NCBI GenBank assembly: GCA_013115145.1
Contig: JAAPAO010000211.1
Coordinates: 1-52,425 of the forward strand
Source: Perkinsus chesapeaki ATCC PRA-425
Taxonomy: Eukaryota > Protista > Perkinsozoa
Direction of reading: 5' to 3'
DNA length: 52,425 bases
Every line of letters begins with the position of its first letter. Positions within the stretch are counted from its first letter, which is position 1. Positions 28,568 to 39,820 of this stretch are shown one piece after another. Below the pieces are notes generated by a model that worked only from the letters and a program-made list of their open reading frames with translations, was not told the origin of the DNA and did no database searches. The translations under genes were made by a program, and so were the position numbers.

Positions 28568-28988
28568 AGTGTTGAGCGATGGTTCGTGATAAATACTGAG
28601 TAAACAGTTTCTATATAGGGTGGGCGGTGTTGTTAATATAAGAGGGGTTGAAGGCCCAAGAGTATCGGCAATTACTGGTAGTGGGTTTTAGCATCTTCAC
28701 TGTGTGATAGTGGGACGGGGTATTCACCAGTCATACGGGAATGCCTTCCTCGAGTACACTGAATAGTTCGTATTGCGAAGTACAAGGTCAGAATTTCAGT
28801 CAGAAATTATGTTGCTAAAGTAAACCGACACACCAAGAGCAGTACAATAGATCCTTGTAATAGAGTACCCTAATTTCTTGGGCGTTCCTCTGTGGCTCCC
28901 TGCATACGAGTGTGAGCTGCTAGGCGCCTGGGGTTGCTTGGAGAACTCAGGCCATTGAAAGTAGTTCTGAATCGACATTCGAGGCCAA

Positions 28989-31900
28989 ATGCCCATTAAA
29001 GATGAATGTGGTGATGGTATAGAATACGCCCATCTGTTGGGTCAGTTGGAGGAGAGACAGAGGCAGTTGGCGGAGGCGAGCGAGACTGTCGATCTGTTCA
29101 AGAACAAGTATGACAGCTCCCTTTCGCATTTAGAGAGCATATCAGGCTGGATAAACTTCGGGCTTATAATGATGGCGTGGTCGGGGAGAACGCGCTGCTC
29201 CAGCAGAAGCTTCTAGAGCTGGAGGAGCAGGTAGACCAGACGTGCCGGCTTTCATAGGGTTAGTGGTGTTAGTTGGTAAACACCCAGAACGAGCTGGAGA
29301 GAGCATTCCAAGAGCAGAGGACCTCTCGTGAGCAGTGGAGAAGTCAGTTGGAGGCCCAGACTGATGAGGTGTGATGGGAGCTGGAAGGAAGGCATCGTTG
29401 CTCTAAGATAAGACGGCTCCATAAATTAATAACCACACAGGAGGACGTCGATGCTGAGAAGTTTAAGATGGCAAGTGACCTGGAGAACGAGTAGGTTATC
29501 ATCCGCTGTCGTTGAAGATAGTACTTGGCGTGTTCCCCCCTGCTATCATACTGTATGTTGCTGAGATGGTTAAGTGATGATACTTGCATCTGGACTCCAG
29601 ATTCTAGAGTAGATAGCGACACTCCTGGTTCCGTACCATTCCCGAATATTCACTGTGCGAAAAGGATCTCAAAACGAACACCATGGATTTGAAGCTCCAA
29701 GGTTGGAAATGTCAGGTATAACAGAAAGCTCTCAGCAATGGAGTCGAAGCTGGCGAGCAACAGAAAGAAGTGTGGAGAGCTTCAAAGGGAACTTGATCAG
29801 GAAAAGATACGCAGTGCTATGGAGCGGCAAGATGTAGGCCACGCTTTCTCGGAAGAATCGGTATGACATTGCCAGGCCGATGCGGCTTTGAGGAAGGCGA
29901 GGGAGGATATAAAAGGCGAGGAAGAAATTGTAGGGCGATGCTCGCACGGGAATGCATCCCTCTTTGCAGATGCAGCGGAGGCTTGCCGAGGCGGAGACTG
30001 AGGTGAAGCGGTACGCGGAGCAGGTGGCACAGATACCGAAGCTGAAGGCACAGATTATGGACATGGGCGCGAAAATGAAGGTGGGTAGAGAATCAGTCGG
30101 ATATATGAGATAGCGGAAGGTGATTAGGAAGGCAGCACGTTAGTCGCATCCTTGAAGGAGCAACATGAGGAGACGGTCTCGGGACTGCAGGCTAGGATTG
30201 ATGTCAGAAGAGCTGATTGTTGGTAAAAGGAGGGCAGTTGGGGCAGGCACAACGGATGGAGATATTGAGCAAAGGGAAGGAGGCCAGGGACGCTTTGGCA
30301 GAGAAGGCGAAAGCAGACAAGGTGAATGCTTCACTGACAGAGGAGAGCGCGCGGAGAGCGAGGGAGATAGTAGGCATGTTGTTGCGCTGCGGTAAGGGCG
30401 GTATGGGCCATTGTAGGAACGGCTGGAGGCCAGTGCAGCAGCCATGAGGCGAGGTCATGCCGAGGAGAAGAAGGCTTTGGAGAAGGACGCTGAGAGACGG
30501 CTCGTATGTGCTCTGAATGGCGGTATGCGGCCAGTGTGTTGTCAGGCAGGGTTACAGTCCAAGCTTACTGCCCAGGAAGGATGCGTGGAGCGCCTCGAGA
30601 AGGAACTCGACCGTAAATGCCAGGAATGCTGCGAGCATGTCAACAGGGCGGCTGAGCAAGTGAGAGAGGCTGAGAGGAAAGTGGAGGATATTCAGGGCAA
30701 ATTCGATGAGGAAATGGTAGGATGCGAGCCTCGTCCTCGAAGATGCCTCTGTTTGGTAGGCGCGCGTGACCCTGGCACATGAAGCTGAGGTGTGTGAGCT
30801 ACATAGGAGGCTTGCTGGAATGAACACGGCGTGTACAGAGGCGAAGCAAACTGTGGGCGAGGTAAATGCCATGTGGCTGATGGTGTGATTGTGGACATCA
30901 GCTCGAGGCAGCATTGCGGTCCTTGGACGACCGAAGTCATAGGGAGGTTGCCGAGAAGGAGGACAAAGTAGGCCGGGGGGAGTGCAGGGAGAGCAATACT
31001 GGTTTAGGCAGTAGTGATGGCCAGCACGCTGGAACAGATGAAGGCCCAGCTCAGGACAGCGGAAGATAGAGCTGCTGAGTTCGAGCAGATGGCCAGGGAC
31101 TACAACATGTTGCAGTCTAAGCATCGGGAGACCTTAGCGCATGTACGGCACATCCCATCGGAGAGCGGAGTAGTTTCAAGCTGCAATTAGTTAACAAATA
31201 CAGTGGAAAAGCTAGAGGAGAGGGAGAGGTCGATCGCTGCTTTGAAGGCAGAGCTGAAGGATATGAATAGAGCTCGTATGGTGGAGAGGACCTTCCTGGG
31301 CTTGCTCTACTGGCGTTGGTTTATCAGATGAGTACGAGAAGCACAAGGCAATCGAGGACGCTGACCAATGGGCTCAGGAAGCACAGCAGACTAGGATTGA
31401 GCTCCTTGTGGGGTTTGGATTGGAGCAGGATTTTATACTGTGGAGTTGCAGGAGATGTCGCGCCACTCCCAAGCGGTTGCCGAGGAACTTCGCCGAACTC
31501 GCTCGTACGCGAAAAAGTTGCAGACTAAAAACAAACAAAAAATCAAGGATGCTCGTAGACTGCTGCCGGAGACGCGCCGGACCCAAGTACGTATTAGCTT
31601 TTCAGATACCAAAGTCTCCAGCACTAACGACAAGTTGAAACAGTTGGTTCGGTTGCAGGGCCACATAGAGAAGCGTGCCTCCGAGTCGAACGTATCTTAT
31701 GAGCAAAGGATCGCCGAGTAAGAGATGCTCTTGTGGCCTAAAGTCATGTGCCACTTCAAGTTTGGAAAGACGGCTGCTTCATGCAACTTACGGGAGCAGC
31801 ACGCTTGCCCTCAGCAACGTGCCCGCTCTATCGGGGAGCCTCCCGTTCAGGTTAAGACCTCTGGTCCCCGTGGTTTGGATCTTTACTCTTAGTGCATCGA

Positions 31901-32212
31901 ATGGCTACAATCTTTATCCCGACCCAACTCTACCGGATGTTCATTTCCGGCATACAACCATGCGCTCCGCACGTCACCACTCTTCAAAACGTGATAAGGA
32001 TTCTGAAGGTCACAGAAAGCCCTACAGTGCCGGAGGCGCTCAACAAGGTTGGAAATGCGCTCGTTGTGGGGAATCGAACGAACACGCTTCTGTGAGGTAC
32101 AAAGACTCCCTCAGAAGAGACCAAAGAGAACGGCAGTGATGCAGCTACAAAAGAGCTGGATGTTGCAGATCTGGAGCGACCGCAGCTTTGGCCTGCTGAT
32201 CAGGCCACATGA
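28989..32212 (+). CDS. Long coiled-coil hypothetical protein, multi-exon
   Basis: Many short E/K/Q/L-rich heptad exons (e.g. LEERQRQLAEASETVDLFKNKY; VERLEKELDRKCQECCEHVNRAAEQVREAERKVEDIQGKFDEE). The 3' end is approximate. Confidence 0.65.
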
Positions 32213-32290
32213 TAAATCAGTTTTAATTCTTTCCTTTCCCGTTGTGTTCGAGTGTTATCTGAATACTAGCTGCCCGTTCGATTCCCACTA

Positions 32291-34159
32291 ATGCTTATCT
32301 TCTTGACTGGGCTCGTCGATGCACACCCACTCTTGTTATATCGCAAATGCTTTGGTTTCGTTATTCTACTAGAGCTTATCTGGTTCTCTGATCACGCGGC
32401 TGAGGTGATGTCACAAGGTAGAACTACATGTCCCGTATATCTACTAGTATCCTTCCTGTTTCGTAGGGTTCAGCCCAGTAACCCCAGCAGAGCTGCCATT
32501 CGATGTGCCATTGACTCCATTCACTCTCGACGTGTGTCTTGTCATCGGTGAGATCGTTGTTCTTTGCGCAGCCTTTTTACTTCTTGCCCTTCCTTAGGAT
32601 GCTTCACGGCGGTCTGCTTCGTTGCTCTGGATGCCTCCAGCCGCACCAGTGTCCCTCTGCTTGTCGTCTACTCTTACCTAAGAATATCTGACTTCACTAA
32701 CTGGAACAATCATTACTATCTTAACATGCTCGAGCTCTGCCTCTTCTGCCTTACCGATTGCGATCGTTCTGTACGCCACAGCAGCAGCTGCGATAGCGTG
32801 AGAGAGATCGAAAGGAATGCACCATCGGACATCATGGACACATCCGAGAGTCTACTCAATTATCCCGTCGCATGTAGCCGCTCAGAACTCCCTGAGGAGC
32901 CACGACCTGCGGCTCCCTCTTGGTATTACTTCACCTTCCGGTTCCTGCTATGCTGGACTTACTTTATGGCTGGAGTGAGCAAGATATCGGAGGCGTGGCT
33001 CAGTGGGTACATAACGGAGACAATGTTGCACAACTGGGACTTCCCGCTGGTCAACCTTCTCGTGCCTGAGCACATAACGCTTCTGCAGCTGGCACAACTC
33101 CTGGCTTGGGGAGGCCTCCTGCTAGACCTTCTTGGCGGTCCGATCCTGCTGGTCGCTGCTACGCTGGGATGGAGACTTGCAACATATACATGTCTGGCAA
33201 TGTTCGTGCCATTCCATCTCACCAACTTGCTCTGGCTGTTCCAAAGCATTCAGTTTTTCCCACTGAATATGCTTTCCACAACTCTCCTTTTTCTCCCCAC
33301 TACACTGACCACTGTAACGGCTAAGCGAAGGCCTACTTTTTCCTGGCCGGTAGCGGCGCTCGCTCTGGTGATCGTCATAGGCCAGGCAGCACTGTCCACA
33401 AGGAGATTTTTCCTCTTCGGGAACGCAAGTGTGTGGGAGATCAACGAGATCACAGAAGTTACAGCACTTCATCATGAGTTCTCATGGCGAATGAAATCGA
33501 AGGCCATCAGAGATTCCATACCACACCCTCTACTTGAAGAGAAGCACCTCAAGCTGGGCTACTTCACTGCAGCCAATTGGGAAACTGGTGCCAAGAGCAT
33601 CTTGAGCACCTACTCTCTGATGCCCAGAGGAACCACACCACACAGGAGCCTCATCGTGCAATTTGCTCGAAGGAAAATGGCGCAAGGAAAGGCCACGGCT
33701 TATCAGCTCGGCTCCAACCACTGGCTCGCCGTCTGTGGCCGTCCCTTTCAGCAAGTGATAGACTCTAGATTCGATCTCCTTGATTCGAGGGAGCAGGCAT
33801 GGCCGCCCCCACTCATGCCTTTTCCTCTCCCTAATAGGTGGCGCGATATCATTGAGGAAGACCTGCAGTCTTGGGCACCGTTCAATAATGAGTATTTCAC
33901 CCTAAGCCGTGAGTCCGGTTTGGTGGCCAATCCTCTACTGCACCTCAGCAGCGAGGTTCAGCCCCTGTATTTGCGGTGCCTCCTTGACGCGCAAATTACA
34001 GTGCTACTGAGGGACATTGGCGCGGTTAACTGCAACGGTCCGGATGGCATTGTCGAGCTCAAATCTGGCAAGCGCTGGGAAATATCCGGACAGGGAATCT
34101 GGTCACTTGTGTGGCGCATGAAATGGATCCACCCTAATGCAGTTGTACGGTTCACGTGA
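32291..34159 (+). CDS. Vitamin K-dependent gamma-glutamyl carboxylase-like HTTM-domain membrane protein
   Basis: WNNHYYL (32702-32722), YFMAGVSKISEAW (Lys at 32981), LLAWGGLLLDL, FHLTNLLWLFQSIQFFPLNML, EFSWRMKS, and GRPFQQVIDSRFDLL match the GGCX/HTTM motif order. A few short 5' exons are followed by one exon of ~1.57 kb. Confidence 0.88.
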
Positions 34160-36453
34160 TGACGAGTCTTCACTGTGGCGTTGGGGCGTGCGGGACATGT
34201 GTTCTTCCGATGGTTGCCGTTGTTGTCGCCCATGCACATGATGCACCGCTCCCTGCCACTGCTTTCATGGGAGAGCGACAGGCTCACCATTATCTACCAG
34301 GTTGGAATCATCACGGAGCTAAGCTCACAGTGTTCACGCGGACAGGTCACGCAAGCCCCAAAGCCGCCCATCATGCGGCGCCCCACGGACATGCACCTTT
34401 GAAACACGCAATCGGGAAGGCTGCCTCGAAGCGTGCTGCTGGTAAACCGAACAAAAGTGCCAGAAAGGCGAAGGAAACACCTGGTCAATGGAAGTGTACG
34501 TGTCCAGTGTTCAAGGGGCCGGGATACGCAGTTGATGACGGTAAGCCCTTACAATCAACCGGCTACACTGGCCGAGACGCTATTAGGGTTCAGCCGCGAA
34601 TGGCACCAGCCACCTCGGCCGAATAGCCTGCCCCCTCCTCCAGCTGAGGCTGCTACTAACTGGGCAAATCATGCCTTCGTCGCCTCCAAGATGGTAAGAT
34701 TCATACTTAACCTGTCAAGAATATGCTTCTTGCTAGGCCGACTCGGCTGCCGGCGACGTAGAGGTCCTGCGTGAGAAGACGCATGAGTATCCTATCAAAC
34801 AGTTTGCTCAAATACGATGCCATTCAGTTATGTGTTACAAACTCAACACGATGCCAGCAAGCTGATGCGATGGGCAGCTCTCATTGGCGAACAGATGCAG
34901 AAAGACGGCCAGCATCTCGTAGGAGAGAACACTTTTAGTGTCATAGAGCGCCTTTGTTGTCGCATAGGTAGACCAGATAGCAAGTCAGGCCTTGCACAGC
35001 CAGAAGGTCGCCCAGAAAATGGTCGACACGGCCACAAAACAAGCGCTGATGGCTCACGTGACGCTAGCTGCTTCTGCCGCAGGGCGCGTGCAGGGAGTGA
35101 TCTCTCAGACACTCGCAACCAAGTCGCTCGATGCTGCTCGGAAGGCCGAGTTCGCAAAGGCCATGCAGCACTTGGCAGATGAACCAAAGAAAGCGAGCTT
35201 CGCGTCTGTACCTGTTCACAGCGTGGGCCATCTGGTACCGCTTGCATCTCCGTTAATCTGGCTGGCAGGGTAGAGGCCTTCAAGAGCATGCAACGGCGTT
35301 CAGTGGCACCGATAAGACAGAAAAGGACCTCTTTGACGCATATCAGAAAGTATTGCACTCACCTTACCGTCTTTAGAGGTACGGGTGAGATAGGCCCTCC
35401 GTTTCACGAAGGCGCATGAAACCGACAAATGGCGTCATTTCTGGGGATCTCGGATTAACAAGGCCGAACAGCTCTCGGGCGATCTCAAGTCGAAGTCAGA
35501 CGGTAGGCTATTGGCGACTCAGACTCTTGCGACGAGTATCATTTGGAAGGTTATGTGTTCCTCACAAGACTAGCTGGTGAGCGTTTGCTGCATGATGCAG
35601 CCCTGCAAGCCTCATCGGCCGTCGCCAGTGCTCAGCGACTGGTCAATCAGACAGCGGTGAAGTCGGCGTTGGCCACCCATGTGGGCAGACTTTGTGAAGC
35701 CATGAGTGAACGCACGTAACATGCGGCATGTCTCAGCTTATCGGCCAGCTACTATCTCAAGCTTCCCATAGAGCGGCAGTCGCTGAGCATGTGGTGACGC
35801 GTGCTGAGGCGGAGGCTATGAGAGCAGCTGAAATGGCGCGTCAGATGGCGAACAATGCCAAGTTAGATGCAGACGGGCTTCGCCTCGATGCTGCTTGCTA
35901 GGTACTCGCAGAGCTCGGCCATGCAGGCCGCCGCCGCTCAGATGGCTCAGGCCATGGGCTACTCTGTGGCCCCTCAGGGAGTGCGGCTGCTCCTGTTCTC
36001 TGCTTCATGGCATCAATACAGGTGCCGAGTCCGCTGACACCTCTTCAAAGCCTTACGATACGAGCGCATGCTGGCGAAGGACTGAACGACTCGTGGGTAT
36101 GGCTCCGCCGCCGCCAAGCACTTCAATCGTAGGTTCTGGTGGAAGCCCGACCGACAACACTGGCTCTATGATATACAGACGCCTCCGCCCGTGAAGGCTC
36201 CGCCGGGAACTCATGGTCTCCAGTGAGCACCGATCCTAACCGAACCCTGCAAGGTGACCTAGGTACCAACAAGGCCAATACGGTGGCATCCCCAATCCCC
36301 ATGCTGACATGTGCTGTCCGGACTGCTGCGGTTGTGTTAACAGCCTGCCTTAGGCACGTTCGCTATGCATCGTTGGGATGCCTCATGGCCCTCCGGCCGT
36401 ATCGACCAAGCCGTCCATGCCCCCAAGCCTGGGGAGAGTTTCTCACCATGTAG
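34159..36453 (+). CDS. Hypothetical Ala-rich protein with possible signal peptide, multi-exon
   Basis: MTSLHCGVGACGTCVLPMVAVVVAHA, then a His/Ala/Lys-rich stretch and Ala-rich helical exons (34992-35273 and others). Start and end are uncertain. Confidence 0.5.
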
Positions 36454-36509
36454 CCGTCTGTCGTAACATCGTTTTGGTTTTTGTTACTAAGTAACCCAAC
36501 CAGCGCAAA

Positions 36510-37570
36510 TCAGAAACTTTCATTCCGACCGAGAGTGCGCCATCGACCAGCAGGCAGGTCGCCTAGCCGAACACCGCCGATTCTGGTCCTGTGCAAGTAC
36601 ATGTAGGAGATGCCGCACTGGCCAAGCATCCGCTGCAGCTGACGAGCCAAGGCTTGCGACCGGATAATCACTGCCAGTCGAGGTAGCCTAATATAGCAAT
36701 GATGCGACCGAATGAAGGCGACCTCACGCATCATCATTGACATCGATCCTCGAGGCCTCGCAACCGCCCACTTGTCTGCCATCGATGAACATTCCTCTGC
36801 CAAGCATACTCAGCTGCTCATCCGTGCACGGTGCCCTCAGTGCAATTTCGTACTCCATTGGGATTGTACCTACTTTCGGCGTCCGCACGCCCAATAAACC
36901 ACGGCTTCACTGTTGCGATCGCTGACGGTCTTGGCCACCCTGCCGTCCTGGGTATAGACCAGGAGGCCGCTGCTGTCGGAATCCAGCCTACCTGCGATCA
37001 ACTGCCCAGCCACGTCCTATTTCTGCACACCACAGTAGGTAGCTTACCAGCTTCCGTAGTTGCCGTGGATCGTGGTTGGTCTCACAGCCCTCCCAACGCT
37101 GTGCTGGAGTGAGCAGCCTCCGCGCCGAGGGCTTGTGGTACATTTCAGCTTGACAGGAGGCGTAGTGCCTGAATCCAATCGATGAGCTGTGACATGGGCG
37201 GCTTGGACTTGCAATGGTTTATGCAGCAATATGGTGGCCTTGTTCGCTTGGATGTCGAGCGCTCGTTTGGTCAGCTCTATCGCGGCGCCCTCTGGCACCT
37301 GGAGCGGTCGGGGATGCTCTCAGCAAGGCCACAGATACCTACCACTAATGCCCCATCCGTCACTACAGTTCCGTCCACCTTAACATGGCCCAGCTCAACG
37401 AACCTGCACAAGCTTCAGCCAATTCCGCCTGGGCGTGCCGCTTACGACTTGGCCTCCCGTCGACTGCAGAAGCCCTCAAGTGCCAGCAATCGGGACAATG
37501 CAACGCCCCCAGTAGCCCTGAGCAGGGACGGGGACGTACTGAAGTGCCGTAGGGTACTTGATGGAGCCAT
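36510..37570 (-). CDS. RsuA/RluB/RluE/RluF-family pseudouridine synthase with S4 domain and probable mitochondrial presequence
   Basis: MAPSSTLRHFSTSPSLLR, S4-like LSRLLALEGFCSRREAK..FVELGHVKVDG, ILLHKP, catalytic AGRLDSDSSGLLVYTQDG (GRLD at 36981-36992), and C-terminal LHRTRIGGVRLGDLPAGRWRTL. Confidence 0.9.
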
Positions 37571-37757
37571 TTAAAAATATATCAATCCTGCATCCATGGT
37601 GCAGGCCAAGGGTGTGTGTCCCTGATTGTGTTCCCACAGTTGTTATACAAGTTGCCAAGTCGTCGTTATCTGCCTCTGGCGTATCGAACACCCCACTACC
37701 GATGAGGAGCTTGGAAGTCCAGCGGAAGTCAACGCAACTGTAATACTATGATGGAAA

Positions 37758-38990
37758 TTAGGCAGTTGGAGGATGAATTGGTTGCGCCAGGGTTGCTAGA
37801 GGCGCCAACACTGGGGACCGCCGACCGTCCTTGCCCACCTGGTAGACGTATACCCATGATCCTTCCCTGGTCTGGAACGCAACGCCGACATCGGCGCCAA
37901 GATCTACCAGAGGCGACACTCGTGTTATTATCGTGCCTAAGCTAGGCCCTGCGATGTCATTCTCCCGTCGGAACTACCTTTGGGGACCCTGTCCCGATAC
38001 GAGCGGCCTAAGTGGCCTCCACCGGATTTGCATGGCGGGTCCACCCACAGTGTGGCGGTAGGTGCTACCACTTTCCATTGCCTCACAGACATCAGCGCAC
38101 CATCACTGGGCGGCGGTTGAGGATCTAACTAGTTTGCCTGTTGCTATATTTTCTAGATTGGATATCTACCAGTGCGCCGCCGTGACGTCAGCGGGCGCGA
38201 GTCCGATTCCTCGCTCGATGACGAAGTCGCTACAGTCGTCCGAGACAATTTGGCACAAGCCTCGCGGACCTCAGTGCTCCATGGTGACAGGAATCCTGGC
38301 AGCAGCAGCATCAGCAGCAAGTCCCCCGCAGCAGCTGCCTTCCCTTTAGTACCAGCGTCCTCCATGGACTTGGTTAAAAAAGGCATAAATCTGCCATCCA
38401 TCCAGCAATAGTATATATGCCTGTCCGAGTCTTTGGTCCTGAGGAACCTGCCACAGGGCATCTCAGGACCCAAGGCTACGAGGCCAGGCTTCCTCACCGC
38501 CGAATGTCGTCGGGAAGGGCCATATTCTCCTTGTGGTCCCGGTACTTATCATTGTCCACAAAGTACCTATAAGATGTCCCTTCCGTTGGTCCTAAGTGCG
38601 CTGCCTACCTACCCATCGGTCACTGAGGCCGCTATGATCGTGGACAAGTCGTCGCTGGAGCCTGGATTAGCGTCGCACTTTGGAATCTCATCGCACATCC
38701 GTCGGATGTCCTCAGGGATGTCTCCGGCCAAGCCGTGCTGTACGATCAGTTTCACCTGGCCACAGTGATTCGACCACCAAAGGTGCCCACGGCGGCGGTA
38801 CCTCTGCCTTGCACGCCCGGAAGTACTTGAGGCATTCTCGAGCCCCATTCCAGTTGGATGTCCTCTCGCCGAGGCCTAAACAGTTCTGAGCGTAGTCGTG
38901 GATCACATTGGCTGCATTAATGACGACCTTTGGTACATTGACGTCGATGGGCCGAGATGCCGGCGTCGGGGTTCGAACCCACGTCGTCAT
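37758..38990 (-). CDS. Zc3h12a/Regnase-like NYN (PIN) domain protein with C-terminal SH3-like segment
   Basis: PKVVINAANV, NWNGARECLKYF, SSDDLSTIIAASVTDG|YFVDNDKYRD, and YCWMDGRFMP parallel Regnase VVIDGSNV, YDD, SNDxYRD and YSFVNDKFMP. Downstream in-frame spliced exons read WKVVAPTATLWVDPP...RDRVPK|GTIITRVSPLVDLGADVGVAFQTREGSWVYVYQ. Further upstream exons are possible. Confidence 0.8.
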
Positions 38991-39049
38991 AAATGAATAC
39001 TGCGTGAGGCCTTCTAACGCGGGTACAGGTGGGTCCGTCGGTCTAGGAC

Positions 39050-39650
39050 TACAAAAGGAGGCTGAATGACCCTTCCCTCTCGGGCAGTTCTCAGCTTAGA
39101 CGTGCCGTTAAGTACTGACCGACCCGGTTCGATACTTGTGTCGGAATGAACATAGCTTCGAGATATGCCAGCAAGCTAGTGTGGATCTCGGGGCTGCATT
39201 CCACGTCCAGTTGAAGTATACCGCTTTTCCATCCAAGCCGGCTAAGATTCCCAACAGTCGAAGAGCGGTCCCTAGCTTCAAAAGATTAACTACATTGCCT
39301 TCTAACAACTACATTGTCCCTGTGTACGGTTTAAAAATGTTTTCTCTCTTCACGGTCATCTCGCGCTTGGGCGAGCGCGAAATCAAAAGCGCAGATGCTG
39401 TTTTGGATGTGCCTGCTAAGAGACTTACAAGTGATGCTAAGCGTGGTGGATGTAGTCCCAAGTGACTCGGCAGGCTAACATCAGCACATGCCTCCACGTT
39501 GCAAGCCGGCATCGCATGCTCCATAATGTTGGCAGTTTCCTAGCAGGAACTACTTGCGCTGTGGACCTGCCACCATGTTCGGAGCTATAATAACAGCGCT
39601 CTCGCGTAAGGTGTGTCGGCGTCCCAGGCACTCCAAGTTGGTGCACTTAC
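39050..39650 (-). CDS. Hypothetical exons (separate small gene, or 5' extension of the NYN gene)
   Basis: ORFs 39309-39524 and 39108-39308 are in the same frame and join through a plausible 45-nt GT-AG intron (REMT|LLEGNVVNLLKLG). Confidence 0.35.
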
Positions 39651-39820
39651 ATTGGGCATCGTCGCCCGTCGAAAACCAAGTTCTAGAGCCTTCTGAGGGC
39701 CTTCATGGAATTCTGTACGCATGAACGTCTCAGGGAACATGGTTTCATCTTCGTCTATTGTTGAGTTTGTCAGTGCCTGGGGTGATTTCGCGGTTAGGTT
39801 TACTCTGAGGAGGCAGTTTG

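Noticed and set aside
36510-38990. NYN nuclease-pseudouridine synthase fusion
   Set aside because: The NYN frame reaches TAA at 37758-37760, and the synthase has its own ATG (37570) with a presequence-like N-terminus.
39309-39311. In-frame TAG between two same-frame ORFs suggesting readthrough or recoding
   Set aside because: A 45-nt GT-AG intron removes the stop. In-frame stops elsewhere in the window are likewise explained by short introns.
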